Shown: piece by piece, positions 31,077-40,973 of the stretch | Position numbering within the stretch: the stretch's first letter is position 1 | How the letters are laid out: each line of letters begins with the position of its first letter | NCBI GenBank assembly: GCA_963771175.1 | Contig: CAVYSY010000009.1 | Span: 1 to 61,641, forward strand | Reading direction: 5' to 3' | Origin: an uncultured delta proteobacterium | GTDB lineage: Bacteria; Myxococcota; Myxococcia; Myxococcales; Myxococcaceae | Length of the DNA stretch: 61,641 nucleotides | Translations under genes and position numbers: made by a program | The notes under the pieces: model-generated | Told to the model about the DNA's origin: nothing | Seen by the model: the letters and a program-made list of their open reading frames with translations, nothing else | Databases searched by the model: none

Positions 31077-34000
31077 GTGTTCGTCGATTTCTTCATCCGC
31101 AGACCCGTCTTCGCCGCCGTCTGCTCCATCCTGCTGACGCTGATGGGGGCGATCGCCATTCCCACCCTCCCCATCGCGCAGTACCCGGACCTCGCGCCGC
31201 CCCAGGTGACGGTCACCAGCAACTACGTGGGGGCGAGCGCCGAGGTGGTGGAGAGCGCCGTCACCATCCCGCTGGAGCAGGAGCTCAACGGCGTGGAGGG
31301 CATGCGCTACATCACCTCCACCAGCAGCAACGACGGCACGAGTCAGATCACCGTCACCTTCGAGCCCACGCGCGACATCGAGGTGGCGGCCGTGGACGTG
31401 CAGAACCGCGTGAGCCGCGCGGCCGCGCGCCTGCCGGCCCAGGTGAACCAGTCGGGCATCGTGGTCAACAAGGCCTCCAGCCAGATGCTGCTGACGGTGG
31501 GCCTCTCCAGCCCGGACAACCGCTACGACGCGAAGTTCCTCAGCAACTACGCGGACGTGAATCTGAAGGACGCCGTCAAGCGCGTGCGCGGCGTGGGCGA
31601 CGTGCGCATCTTCGGCGAGCGCAAGTTCTCCATGCGCCTGTGGTTGGATCCCACCGAGCTGGCGCGCCGCAACCTCACGCCCCAGGACGTGGTGCGCGCG
31701 CTGCAGGAGCAGAACCTCCAGGTAGCCGCGGGCCAGGTGGGTCAGCCCCCGTCGAAGGATGAGCAGCCCTACCAGATCGCCGTGCGGGCGCGCGGCCGGC
31801 TCGTCGAGCCCGATGAGTTCGGGGACATCGTCCTGATGCGCAACACCGACGGCAAGCTCGTGCGCGTGCGCGACGTGGGCCGCGTGGAGCTCGGCGCGGA
31901 GAACTACGGGACGCTCCTGCGCTTCAACGGCAGGACGGGCGTGGGCCTCGCCGTCTTCCAGCTCCCCACCGCCAACGCGCTCGACGTGCGCGACGGCGTC
32001 CTCAAGGAGCTCGACCGGCTCTCCCTGCAGTTCCCCCCGGGGCTCGAATACAAGCTGGGCAACGACACCACGCTCGCGGTGCGCGCCTCCATCCACGAGG
32101 TGGTACGGACGCTCATCGAGGCCATCGCGCTGGTCATCCTCGTCATCTTCCTGTTCCTGCACGGCTGGCGCAGCGTGCTCATCACCGCGCTCACCCTGCC
32201 GGTGTCGCTGGTGGGTACCTTCGCCTTCGTCTACCTGATGGGCTTCTCCATCAACACGCTCACCCTGTTCGGCCTCACCCTGGCCACGGGTCTGGTCGTG
32301 GACGATGCCATCGTGGTCATCGAGAACATCGAGCGCCTGATGGTCGAGCGGAACCTGACGGCCATGCAGGCGGCGCGCGCGGGCATGAAGGAGGTGGCCG
32401 GCGCGGTGGTGGCCATCTCCATCGTGCTGGTGGCGGTGTTCGTCCCCGTGGCGCTCTTCCCGGGCACCACGGGCTCCATCTACCGCCAGTTCGCGCTGAC
32501 CATCGCCGCGTCGGTGGCCCTGTCCACCTTCTGCGCCCTCACCCTGACGCCGGCCCTGAGCGCGCGCCTGCTCAAGCACCACCACGGAAAGAAGTGGATC
32601 TTCTTCCGCTGGATGGACACGGCGCTCGACTGGACGAAGGCCACCTACGGGAAGTGGCTGCGCGTGCTGCTGAAGCGCCCCCTCATCATCTTCGGGGTGT
32701 TCCTCCTGAGCATCGGTGCGACGGTGCTGCTCTTCCGCGCGACGCCCACCGGCTTCATCCCCGACGAGGACCAGGGCTACCTCATCATCTCCGTGCAGGG
32801 GCCCGAGGGCATGTCGCTCGCGCAGACGGAGAAGGTGCTGGCCGAGACGGAGGAGGTGCTGAAGGCCCAGCCCGAGGTGGTGACCATGTTCGCCATCGGC
32901 GGGTTCTCCTTCCAGGGCACCGGGCCCAACTACGCCACCATCTTCGCCCCCCTCAAGCCGTGGGAGCAGCGGCGCGAGCGGGCGCAGTCCGTGGCGGGGC
33001 TGGTGGAGCGGCTGCGCGGGCCGCTCGGCCGCATCGGTGGTGCCCGGGTGATGCCCCTCCAGCCTCCCGCCATCCGCGGCGTGGGCTCGGTGGGCGGCTT
33101 CCAGTTCATCGTCGAGGACACCGCTGGTGGCCGCTCGCTGGATGAGCTGGCCTCGGCCGCCCAGGAGTTGGTGGCGCAGGGCAATGAGAATGGCCAGTTG
33201 CGCGGCCTCTTCACGTCCTTCAACGCGAGCACGCCGCTGCTGGACGTCGAGGTGGACCGTCAGAAGGCCAAGGCGCTCGGAGTGCCGCTCGAGCAGGTGT
33301 TCGGCACGATGCAGGTCTACATGGGCAGCCAGTACGTCAACGACTTCAACTACGCGAACCGCACCTACCGCGTCTATGTCCAGGCCGAGCAGCAGTTCCG
33401 CGACAGCCCGCAGGACATCGGGGCCTTCTACGTGCGCAGCGACAGTGGGGCGATGATTCCGCTGGAGTCGCTGGTGAAGGTGAATCCCACCGTCTCCGCC
33501 CAGGTCATCCGGCACTACAACCTCTTCCGGGCCGCGGAGCTCAACGGACAGGCCGCGCCGGGCGTCTCCTCCGGTCAGGCGATGGCGGCGATGGAGTCCC
33601 TGGCCGCGCAGCTCCTCCCCCAGGGCATGGGCTCGGAGTGGACCGGCATCAGCCTCGAGCAGAAGGAGAGCGGCGGGCAGACGATGATCATCTTCGCCCT
33701 GGGCATCCTGTTCGTCTTCCTGGTGCTCGCGGCCCAGTACGAGAGCTTCAGCCTGCCCTTCGTCATCATCCTCTCGGTGCCCCTGGCCATCCTGGGCGCG
33801 CTGGGGTTGCAGGTGGCGCGTGGCTTCGCCAACGACGTCTTCTGCCAGGTCGGACTGGTGATGCTGGTGGGTCTGTCCAGCAAGAACGCCATCCTCATCG
33901 TGGAGTTCGCCGAGCAGCTTCGCGAGAGCGGCAAGAGCGTCGTGGATGCGGTGGTGGAGGCCGCCGAGGTGCGCCTGCGGCCCATCCTGATGACCTCCAT

Positions 34001-34223
34001 CGCCTTCCTGCTGGGCGTGGTGCCGCTGATGACGGCTCAGGGCGCAGGCGCCGGCTCGCGCAGCTCGCTGGGGACGACCGTCTTCGGAGGGATGATCGTG
34101 TCCACGGTGGTCAACGCCATCTTCATCCCGGGGCTGTACGTGCTGATGCAGCGGCTGCGGGGTGAGGCGAAGCGGATGTCGGAGGAGAACCCCGAGGTGC
34201 CTGCCCCCGCCGCTTCGCCGTGA
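31077..34223 (+). CDS. HAE1 family RND efflux permease
   Basis: FFIRRPVFA, GLVVDDAIVVIEN, KNAILIVEFA, RLRPILMTS. Confidence 0.96.
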   Translation: MFVDFFIRRPVFAAVCSILLTLMGAIAIPTLPIAQYPDLAPPQVTVTSNYVGASAEVVESAVTIPLEQELNGVEGMRYITSTSSNDGTSQITVTFEPTRDIEVAAVDVQNRVSRAAARLPAQVNQSGIVVNKASSQMLLTVGLSSPDNRYDAKFLSNYADVNLKDAVKRVRGVGDVRIFGERKFSMRLWLDPTELARRNLTPQDVVRALQEQNLQVAAGQVGQPPSKDEQPYQIAVRARGRLVEPDEFGDIVLMRNTDGKLVRVRDVGRVELGAENYGTLLRFNGRTGVGLAVFQLPTANALDVRDGVLKELDRLSLQFPPGLEYKLGNDTTLAVRASIHEVVRTLIEAIALVILVIFLFLHGWRSVLITALTLPVSLVGTFAFVYLMGFSINTLTLFGLTLATGLVVDDAIVVIENIERLMVERNLTAMQAARAGMKEVAGAVVAISIVLVAVFVPVALFPGTTGSIYRQFALTIAASVALSTFCALTLTPALSARLLKHHHGKKWIFFRWMDTALDWTKATYGKWLRVLLKRPLIIFGVFLLSIGATVLLFRATPTGFIPDEDQGYLIISVQGPEGMSLAQTEKVLAETEEVLKAQPEVVTMFAIGGFSFQGTGPNYATIFAPLKPWEQRRERAQSVAGLVERLRGPLGRIGGARVMPLQPPAIRGVGSVGGFQFIVEDTAGGRSLDELASAAQELVAQGNENGQLRGLFTSFNASTPLLDVEVDRQKAKALGVPLEQVFGTMQVYMGSQYVNDFNYANRTYRVYVQAEQQFRDSPQDIGAFYVRSDSGAMIPLESLVKVNPTVSAQVIRHYNLFRAAELNGQAAPGVSSGQAMAAMESLAAQLLPQGMGSEWTGISLEQKESGGQTMIIFALGILFVFLVLAAQYESFSLPFVIILSVPLAILGALGLQVARGFANDVFCQVGLVMLVGLSSKNAILIVEFAEQLRESGKSVVDAVVEAAEVRLRPILMTSIAFLLGVVPLMTAQGAGAGSRSSLGTTVFGGMIVSTVVNAIFIPGLYVLMQRLRGEAKRMSEENPEVPAPAASP

Positions 34224-34282
34224 CGCGGAAGGCGTGAGGGCTCCCGCGCTCCGTCAGGGGCTGGCTTCGGGAGCCCTCGCCG

Positions 34283-35470
34283 CTACGTCTGCGGATCCTC
34301 GCCATTCCCCCGAGGTCCCGCGGGACGCCGCGCCGCTGGAGCGGTCTGCGTCGACCGGGTGCGCACGGGCGTGCCCGCGGCCGGGGAATTCGCTCTACCA
34401 CCCTGGGCGGGAGCCGGGCCCTGCCGCTGCCCCTGCACGGGGTTCGTCTTGGTCGCGGAGGGCGAGCTCGTCTCCCGCGCCAGCCGTGGGTCGTACTGGA
34501 TGACGGTGGGCTCGCTGGCGAAGCGGTCCTCCTCGAGCTCCGAGGCGTAGAGTTCCTTCATGAAGGCGGTGAGATGGGCCTGGGTGCCGGGCAGGCGCTC
34601 GGCGAGGAGGAAGTCCTCGATGGCGAGCTGGAGCTCCCCGGCGCTCTGGAAGCGCTCGTCGCGCTTGCGGGCCAGGGCCTTCATCACCACCGCGTCCAGC
34701 GACTTGGGGACGCCGGGCAGCACCTCGGATGGCGGAGGCACCTTGGCGCCCACCACGGCCTTCAGGGTGGCCATGTCCGTGTCGCGTTTGAAGAGCCGCT
34801 GGTTGGTGAGCAGCTCGTAGAAGACGATGCCCAGGCCGAACACGTCCGAGCGGGCATCGAGCTCCTCGCCGCGGGCCTGCTCCGGGGACATGTACGCGTG
34901 CTTGCCCTTGATGGTGCCGACGAGCGTCCGGGACAGCTTCCCCGCGGCCTTGGCCACGCCGAAGTCGATGACCTTCACGTTGCCGTTGAAGCCCACCAGC
35001 ACGTTCTGCGGGGACACGTCGCGGTGGATGAGGCCCAGCTTGCGGCCCGAGGGCGTACGCGCCTGGTGCGCGTGGTCCAGCCCGGCCGCCGCGTCCGCGA
35101 TGATGCGGCACTTGAGCCCCAGCGCCATCCCGCCCTTGCGGTAGTGGTTGGCGCGCACGCTCACCTGTCCGATGGACTCGCCCTGGACGTACTCCATGGC
35201 GATGTAGAACACGCCGTTCACATCCCCGAGGTCGTAGATTTGCGCGATGTTGGGGTGGTTGAGGAGGCCGGCGATGCGGGCCTCGTCCAGGAACATCTGG
35301 ATGAATTCCTGGTCCTCGGAGAGGTGTGGCAGCAGCCGCTTGAGCACCAGCAGCTTCTGGAAACCCACGGGACCCTTCTGCCGGGCCAGGAAGACCTGCC
35401 CCATTCCGCCAGTTGCCAGTTTTCGTATCAGCTCGTAACGGCCGAAGTTTTCCACGTGTAGGGAGACCAT
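34283..35470 (-). CDS. Hanks-type Ser/Thr protein kinase (cytoplasmic)
   Basis: GGMGQV, LKR, HRDVSPQN, DFGVAK, YMSPEQ; no TM segment seen. Confidence 0.95.
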   Translation of the reverse strand: MVSLHVENFGRYELIRKLATGGMGQVFLARQKGPVGFQKLLVLKRLLPHLSEDQEFIQMFLDEARIAGLLNHPNIAQIYDLGDVNGVFYIAMEYVQGESIGQVSVRANHYRKGGMALGLKCRIIADAAAGLDHAHQARTPSGRKLGLIHRDVSPQNVLVGFNGNVKVIDFGVAKAAGKLSRTLVGTIKGKHAYMSPEQARGEELDARSDVFGLGIVFYELLTNQRLFKRDTDMATLKAVVGAKVPPPSEVLPGVPKSLDAVVMKALARKRDERFQSAGELQLAIEDFLLAERLPGTQAHLTAFMKELYASELEEDRFASEPTVIQYDPRLARETSSPSATKTNPVQGQRQGPAPAQGGRANSPAAGTPVRTRSTQTAPAARRPAGPRGNGEDPQT

Positions 35471-35521
35471 ATCCGCCCGAGGCCCATGGGCGGAAGGTGT
35501 CTCCCCCACTTGACGGGGCCC

Positions 35522-38500
35522 TCAGGGGAACGCTGGAGGCTCGGGGCAGGCGCTCCGATAGCGGACCTCGAGGGTCTGCCCCAGCCCGGGCACCGCGGCG
35601 GGCTGGAAGACGACCGCGTTGCGCACCGGGTCATAGGTCCACTGGTCGGCCGGAATCGCCTGGCCCTGGACGCGCACGGACATCGCCGCCGTGCCATTGG
35701 GCTGGGCGCTGAGGGAGAAGTCCGCCTGGGGCCCGTCGGCGCGCTGCAGCAGCTTGTCGAGGAAGGGGCCGTAGTTACCCTGGCAGATGGAGTCCACTTC
35801 ACCGCCGGTGCGCAGGGCGACGCTGGAGATGCGCGTCCCCGGTCCGCCGGCGGTGGTGCAGCGGCCATCGGTGGGGACGAGCGCGTAGAGCTGGGTGCGG
35901 TGCGCCATGCCGGTGCCCTTGAGGGTCTGGAGGAACTGCACGTAGCTCTCCGGGTCGAAGCCCGAGTGGTCATCCTCGTCGGCCACCACCACCACGGCGA
36001 GCCGGGCCGTGGCGCGGAGGAAGCCGTCGTTGCCGTCGTTGGGCAGGGGGGTGCGCGGATCATCGATGCTGGTGGCCAGGGGCGAGGAGAGCGCCTGACG
36101 CATCGTCTCCAGGCCCTGCACGAGGTTGTGGCAGAGCCCCACGTCACCCAGGTTGGCCTGCACGGTCGCCACGGCGGTGGGCGAGAGGGTGGAGACGGCC
36201 CGCGAGCGCGAGCCCTCCACCGGGACGAGCCGCCCGGCCTCGCCGCCCGACGCCGCGCCGCCGCACAGGGGCGCCCGGAGTGCCAGGCCCGTGGTGGTGA
36301 CGCCGATGCTCACGTCCACTCCGGCCTGCCTCGCGCGCTCCACCCAACCGGGTATGGCGTCCTTCAGCCGCTGCTGGAAGGGCCCCATGGTGGTGGTGTT
36401 GGCCACCACGAAGAGGACATCGAGCTGGCTGTCCGTGCCCTGGATGAAGTGGTCGAGCTGGAGTCCCTCATGGTTCGTCTCGGCGAGCAGCGGGATGAGC
36501 AGCGGGCTCGGCTCATTGTCCGAGGAGACATAGAAAGGGCTGTAGTGCTGGCCGTGGACGGTGCGCGAGTAGGTGAACTCCAACTCCATGCCCTCGCCTG
36601 GGGCCAGCGTGCGCGGCAGGACCAGCGGCGTCGTCAGCGTGAACTGGTCGCTGGTTCCCGCGCCGATGAGAGCCTCATCCACGGCGATGGGCATGGAACA
36701 CTGATTGGCCACGAGCGTGCGCCGGGGGACGGGCGAGCAGTCATAACGGATGGGCCCGAAGTCCACGTAGGGCGGCGTGGCCACCAGGCAGCTCGCCTGC
36801 GACACACCGCGGATGGGCAGTGTCACCGTGGGGTAGGCGGGGTTGTTCACCGTCATTCTCAGCTCGCCCTGGTACTCGCCGGGCGCCGGGGGCCGGAAGG
36901 CGATCATCGCGCTGAAGGCCGAGTCGTACGGCACCACGCCACCGGCGAGCCGGCCACCCGGCATGAAGAAGGCGCCGCCGCCGTCGTTGGACAGGTGGAT
37001 GTCCTTCACCGCGCACTCCGCGCGGCCGGGGTTGCGGAAGTAGAAGCCCAGCACGGCGCCCCAGCCCGGCTGCACGTTGCCGAAGTCCAGCATCGGCTGG
37101 GGCTTCAGCTCGTAGACGCAGGGGCCGGTGGCCCGGGCGCGGCCGGTGAGGACGATGGTGCGCTCGGGGGTGAAGATGTCATCCGAGACGAGCACCAGCG
37201 TGGCCTGCCAGGAACCCGGGGTCTCGGGCTCGAAGTACACCATCAGGTCGAGCGCGTCCGTGCCCGGCGCGATGGGGATGTCGTCGGCCCCCAGCGCCGG
37301 CCAGGCGGTGCCGGCCTTCCAGGCATGGGCCTGCGTGCCGCGCATGGGCACGTCCACCGAGAAGTGCTCCGCGTCCCCGGTGCCGCGCACGCCCAGGAAG
37401 TGGAGGTTGCCGTGGCTGCCACCGTTGGAGATGCGGATGACCTGGCCCACCTTGCCGCCCGCCGGCAGCTCGCCGAAGTCGAGCATCAACGGGGCCACGG
37501 CCAGCGTGGGCCGGCCACCGCGCGCGTCCAGGATGACCTGGGACTGGCGCGGCTTGTCCGACTCGTACCCCACCGTCATCGTGCCGAGGTTCGGCCCGGA
37601 GAAGCGGGCCGCGAACTCCAGGGGCACCTCCACCACCTCGTCCGGCTGCACCTCCAGCGCCCGCAGGGGATTGAGCGGGGTGAAGGCCCGATCGCTGGTG
37701 CTCAGCCCGTGGATGGTGACGGGCCGCCAGGTGATGTTGCGCGCGCGCGTGAAGGAGTTCGTGCGCTCGTGCACCGGAATCAAGTCGAAGGGCACCGGCG
37801 CCGGGTCGAAGACGAAGGCACTCTCCACCGAGCGGCCCGTCAGCTCCGCCCTCATCGGGGTGCAGCTCTCGCAGGACTTCACCTCCACCTGCGCGCGCAT
37901 GTCGCCCAGCGCACGAGGCAGGTACTTCGTCCGCATCTCGCGCGTGCTGAGCGGCGGCACGGTGAGGGTGTCCGTGCTGAAGGCGTCGGCCGCCGCGCCC
38001 TTCAACGTCACCGTGAGCGGCAGGTCCACCGGGTTGGTGATGGTGAGCTTCAGGACGCGCTCGCTGTCCACCTCGAGCGTCTCGAAGTCCAGCAGCGCCG
38101 GCTCCAGGTGGATGGGCGAGGGCACGCCCTGGCCTCTCACGCGGATGGTGTGCTCCCGGCCCGAGTTGGCGTCCGTGCGCACGTGCACCGTCTCCTCGAG
38201 GGGACCCTCGGAGAGCGGGTGGAAGCGCACGCGCACCAGCTTCTCGTGACCCGGTTGGATGCGCCCCTCGCCCTCGAAGGAGACCTCATAGGAAGGATCT
38301 CCCTTCAGGCCGAGTGCCTCGAATGCGTGGAAGGGCACGTAGCCCACGTTGCGCAGGCGCACCTGTTTCTCGCGCCATTCGCCCACGGGGACGTCGCCAA
38401 AATCGAGCGCGTCCGCGTCCACCGCCGCCTTGGCCTGTACCGAGCGTGTGTTCCCCGGCTCATGGCACGCGACCAATGACATCGCCAGCAGCGACAGCCC

Positions 38501-38533
38501 GATGATCCGCCCACCACCAAGCCCCGTCCTCAT
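35522..38533 (-). CDS. Large lipoprotein with repeated Ig-like (choice-of-anchor D/ASH) domains and C-terminal vWA-like domain
   Basis: Lipobox LVAC; repeated LDFG motifs; LDVLFVVANTTTM, VVVADEDDHS. Confidence 0.8.
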   Translation of the reverse strand: MRTGLGGGRIIGLSLLAMSLVACHEPGNTRSVQAKAAVDADALDFGDVPVGEWREKQVRLRNVGYVPFHAFEALGLKGDPSYEVSFEGEGRIQPGHEKLVRVRFHPLSEGPLEETVHVRTDANSGREHTIRVRGQGVPSPIHLEPALLDFETLEVDSERVLKLTITNPVDLPLTVTLKGAAADAFSTDTLTVPPLSTREMRTKYLPRALGDMRAQVEVKSCESCTPMRAELTGRSVESAFVFDPAPVPFDLIPVHERTNSFTRARNITWRPVTIHGLSTSDRAFTPLNPLRALEVQPDEVVEVPLEFAARFSGPNLGTMTVGYESDKPRQSQVILDARGGRPTLAVAPLMLDFGELPAGGKVGQVIRISNGGSHGNLHFLGVRGTGDAEHFSVDVPMRGTQAHAWKAGTAWPALGADDIPIAPGTDALDLMVYFEPETPGSWQATLVLVSDDIFTPERTIVLTGRARATGPCVYELKPQPMLDFGNVQPGWGAVLGFYFRNPGRAECAVKDIHLSNDGGGAFFMPGGRLAGGVVPYDSAFSAMIAFRPPAPGEYQGELRMTVNNPAYPTVTLPIRGVSQASCLVATPPYVDFGPIRYDCSPVPRRTLVANQCSMPIAVDEALIGAGTSDQFTLTTPLVLPRTLAPGEGMELEFTYSRTVHGQHYSPFYVSSDNEPSPLLIPLLAETNHEGLQLDHFIQGTDSQLDVLFVVANTTTMGPFQQRLKDAIPGWVERARQAGVDVSIGVTTTGLALRAPLCGGAASGGEAGRLVPVEGSRSRAVSTLSPTAVATVQANLGDVGLCHNLVQGLETMRQALSSPLATSIDDPRTPLPNDGNDGFLRATARLAVVVVADEDDHSGFDPESYVQFLQTLKGTGMAHRTQLYALVPTDGRCTTAGGPGTRISSVALRTGGEVDSICQGNYGPFLDKLLQRADGPQADFSLSAQPNGTAAMSVRVQGQAIPADQWTYDPVRNAVVFQPAAVPGLGQTLEVRYRSACPEPPAFP

Positions 38534-38701
38534 CGCCCGTTCTCGCCTCGAACCCATCCGGCCGTTCCCAATCCAAATCGCGTACCAACGCGAGGCGGCC
38601 GAGGAGCCTAGGAAAAATGGGGAGTTGGCGAAGGCGCGGATGTAGGTATCGAACGGGTGGAAGCCGCTTGCCCTGGGGGGTGAAGGAGTTTTCCCGTCTT
38701 G

Positions 38702-39583
38702 TCAGGGGCCGTGGGCGACCTGGCGGACCGGCTGGATGAACTCCACCAGCGCGCGCGCCAGCGCCTCCGGCTGCTCCATGTGGACGTGGTGGCCACCCGG
38801 AATGACGAGGGGGGGCCGGGCGATGCGCAGGGCGGCGAGTCGCGCCTGGGCCCGCTCTTCCTCGAAGATGCGGAAGCCGTTGTCGCCGCGGATGAGCTGC
38901 ACCGGGCAGGTGACACCGGACGAGATGGCGAGCCACTGGGCGTCGTCGTAGCTGGAGCCGAAGCGGCGGCGGTGCGCCGGATCAAAGGTGAAGACGAGGC
39001 CGTCCTCCACGGGCTCGGTGCCATGGAGGGCCAGGTGGAGCGCGGCACTCTCCGGCAGGGAGGGGTTGTTCTCGCGCAGGCGGGCGGCGGCGGCCTCCAC
39101 GCTCGGGTAGCGCTTGCGGTTGGGTGGGCGCTCCAGGTCCTCGAGGAAGCCGCGCAGCCGCACGAGCGCGTTCTCGGGAGGGCCGCCGGTGGGGCCGAGG
39201 CTCTCGATCAGGCTGAGGCTGAGGACCCGGGAGGGACGCGCGGCGGCGTACGCGGTGGCGACGATGCCGCCCAGCGAGTGGCCGACGAGGTGCGCGGCCT
39301 CCAGGCCGGTGGCGCGCAGCACCGCCTCCACGTCCACCAGGTGCTCGGCGAACTGGTAGTTCGCACCGCGCGGCAGCCAGGCGCTGCGGCCCATGCCGCG
39401 GAAGTCCAGCAGCACCAGCCGCCAGGAGTCCGGCAGGTGCTCGGCGACGAAGTCGAAGCTGTGCGAGTGGTCCAGCCAGCCGTGCAGGAAGACGACGGCG
39501 GGCGAGCCCCCGGCATTGCGCTGGCGCGCATGGAGGGCGAGGCCGTGGGCATCGACGGACAACGACTTGAAAGAAGAGGGCAT
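38702..39583 (-). CDS. Alpha/beta hydrolase
   Basis: LHGWLD, DFRGMG, GHSLGG, GGHHVHMEQP. Confidence 0.92.
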   Translation of the reverse strand: MPSSFKSLSVDAHGLALHARQRNAGGSPAVVFLHGWLDHSHSFDFVAEHLPDSWRLVLLDFRGMGRSAWLPRGANYQFAEHLVDVEAVLRATGLEAAHLVGHSLGGIVATAYAAARPSRVLSLSLIESLGPTGGPPENALVRLRGFLEDLERPPNRKRYPSVEAAAARLRENNPSLPESAALHLALHGTEPVEDGLVFTFDPAHRRRFGSSYDDAQWLAISSGVTCPVQLIRGDNGFRIFEEERAQARLAALRIARPPLVIPGGHHVHMEQPEALARALVEFIQPVRQVAHGP

Positions 39584-39668
39584 CGGCGGCTCCTTGCGGG
39601 CCGGGAAGCATCCCAGGGCCAGCAAGTCCCCCGCTTAACGCTTTCCGCCGCTGCCGGGAACCGCCCCG

Positions 39669-39836
39669 TCAGGCCTGGACCCGCTCCCCCGCCGAGGCGT
39701 TGAGCACCAGGGCGAGCTGTCGCGCCTGTCCCTCGGTGGTGCAGCGGTACTCCTGCACCTTTCCATTGGGCTTCTGCACGCGCAGTACCCAGACATCGGC
39801 TTCCTTGGACACGACGGACTGAGCTTGAGTCGACAT
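39669..39836 (-). CDS. 55-aa hypothetical protein absent from the ORF track
   Basis: MSTQAQSVVSKEADVWVLRVQKPNGKVQEYRCTTEGQARQLALVLNASAGERVQA; RBS AAAAGGAGG 5 nt upstream of the ATG. Confidence 0.75.
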   Translation of the reverse strand: MSTQAQSVVSKEADVWVLRVQKPNGKVQEYRCTTEGQARQLALVLNASAGERVQA

Positions 39837-39878
39837 GGCTGCCTCCTTTTGGCTGCCTTCCCCCGCGCCCTCTCCTGA

Positions 39879-39895
39879 AGCATCGTCCGTGCCGA
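39879..39895 (-). promoter_or_regulatory. sigma54-type -24/-12 promoter
   Basis: Minus strand TCGGCACGGACGATGCT, i.e. GG-N10-GC with a GGCACG core, about 45 nt upstream of the small ORF. Confidence 0.6.
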
Positions 39896-40155
39896 CCCCG
39901 GGCTATTGCCAATACCCAAGGAATCCAGGGCTTTGCCGCTTGCCTGCCCCTCCCGGGGTGACAATTTTTGCGTAGGCCGGTGACAAAATGTGCATGTAGG
40001 TCTGCACTTCTTGCGTAGTGCTCGCGGCCTCCCGTCCAAGTTATCAATTTCTCACAGAATCTCGTGTGGCGAGGGTTCGTGAGCAAGTACGTGGAGCCGA
40101 CGGGGAACACCGGGTTGGCGTTCCCCGCCTCGCCGGGAACTGAGGCCCCGCGGCG

Positions 40156-40855
40156 TCAGGCCGTGACGCCCAGCCGCTGGGTGAGGTCCTGGAAGTCCGC
40201 GGCGGACAGGTTCGGGCGCGCGGCCACCTGCAGCACGGCGTTGAAGGCCTCCGGAGCGCCCCCTGCTTCATCATGCCCAGCAGGCCCACCCGCTCGTCGC
40301 GGTTCATCGCGGGGATCATGATGTTCATGAAGCCCATCATGAGCTCCGGAGTGAACTGCGAGAGGATGCGTCCCTCCATGGCCATCACTCCTCATCGGTG
40401 AAGTGCACATGGAGCACCTTGACCTGCATCTCCGTCTCCTCCGCATCCATGTGGGCGAGGTTCTCGGAGACGAACTTGCTGAAGGCCAGATACAGCTTCT
40501 TCACCAGGCCCCGCCGCGTCGCATCGGTCGCGTTCTCGACCTGCGTCGCCAGCGCGCGCAGCTCGTCCATCTCCTTGTTGTGCTCGACGTGCTCGTGGGC
40601 CAGCTTGTTCGAGGCGCCCGTGGCCCGCTCCTCGATGGAGGGGTGCATGAAGGTCTCCTCGTCATTGAGGTGAGCGGAGATCAGCGAGAGGAGCTGGCGC
40701 ATCTCGTTCAGCAGCGAGGTCCGCTGGGCCGCATCGGAGAAGGTGGACGAGCCAATACGCTCGAGCAGGCTACAGAGGCTGCGGCGCAGGCCTTTGTGGA
40801 CCGGCCCATAGATGTCGTACCGCTCCTTGCTGGACGTGTGCGAATTCGCGGGCAT
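40156..40855 (-). CDS. Hemerythrin-like (HHE) domain protein, frameshifts near 40385 and 40260
   Basis: YDIYGPVHKGLR, HLNDEE, HVEH, HMDAEE, then MIPAMNRDER. Confidence 0.8.
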
Positions 40856-40973
40856 CGAGATGTCTCCTACTTGGGGTGGAGCCCAGAGGGCATCGCATTG
40901 TCGGAGGCCATTGTAGGAACATCAACACCCCCGGCGGCGGCCGCATGAAGGAGGAGGGTCCCTTGCCATTCCC

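Noticed and set aside
21471..38479. Very long antisense or alternate-frame ORFs (e.g. 21471-24131, 30987-33515, 35486-38479)
   Set aside because: Shadow ORFs expected from high GC3 coding on the other strand; no recognisable motifs.
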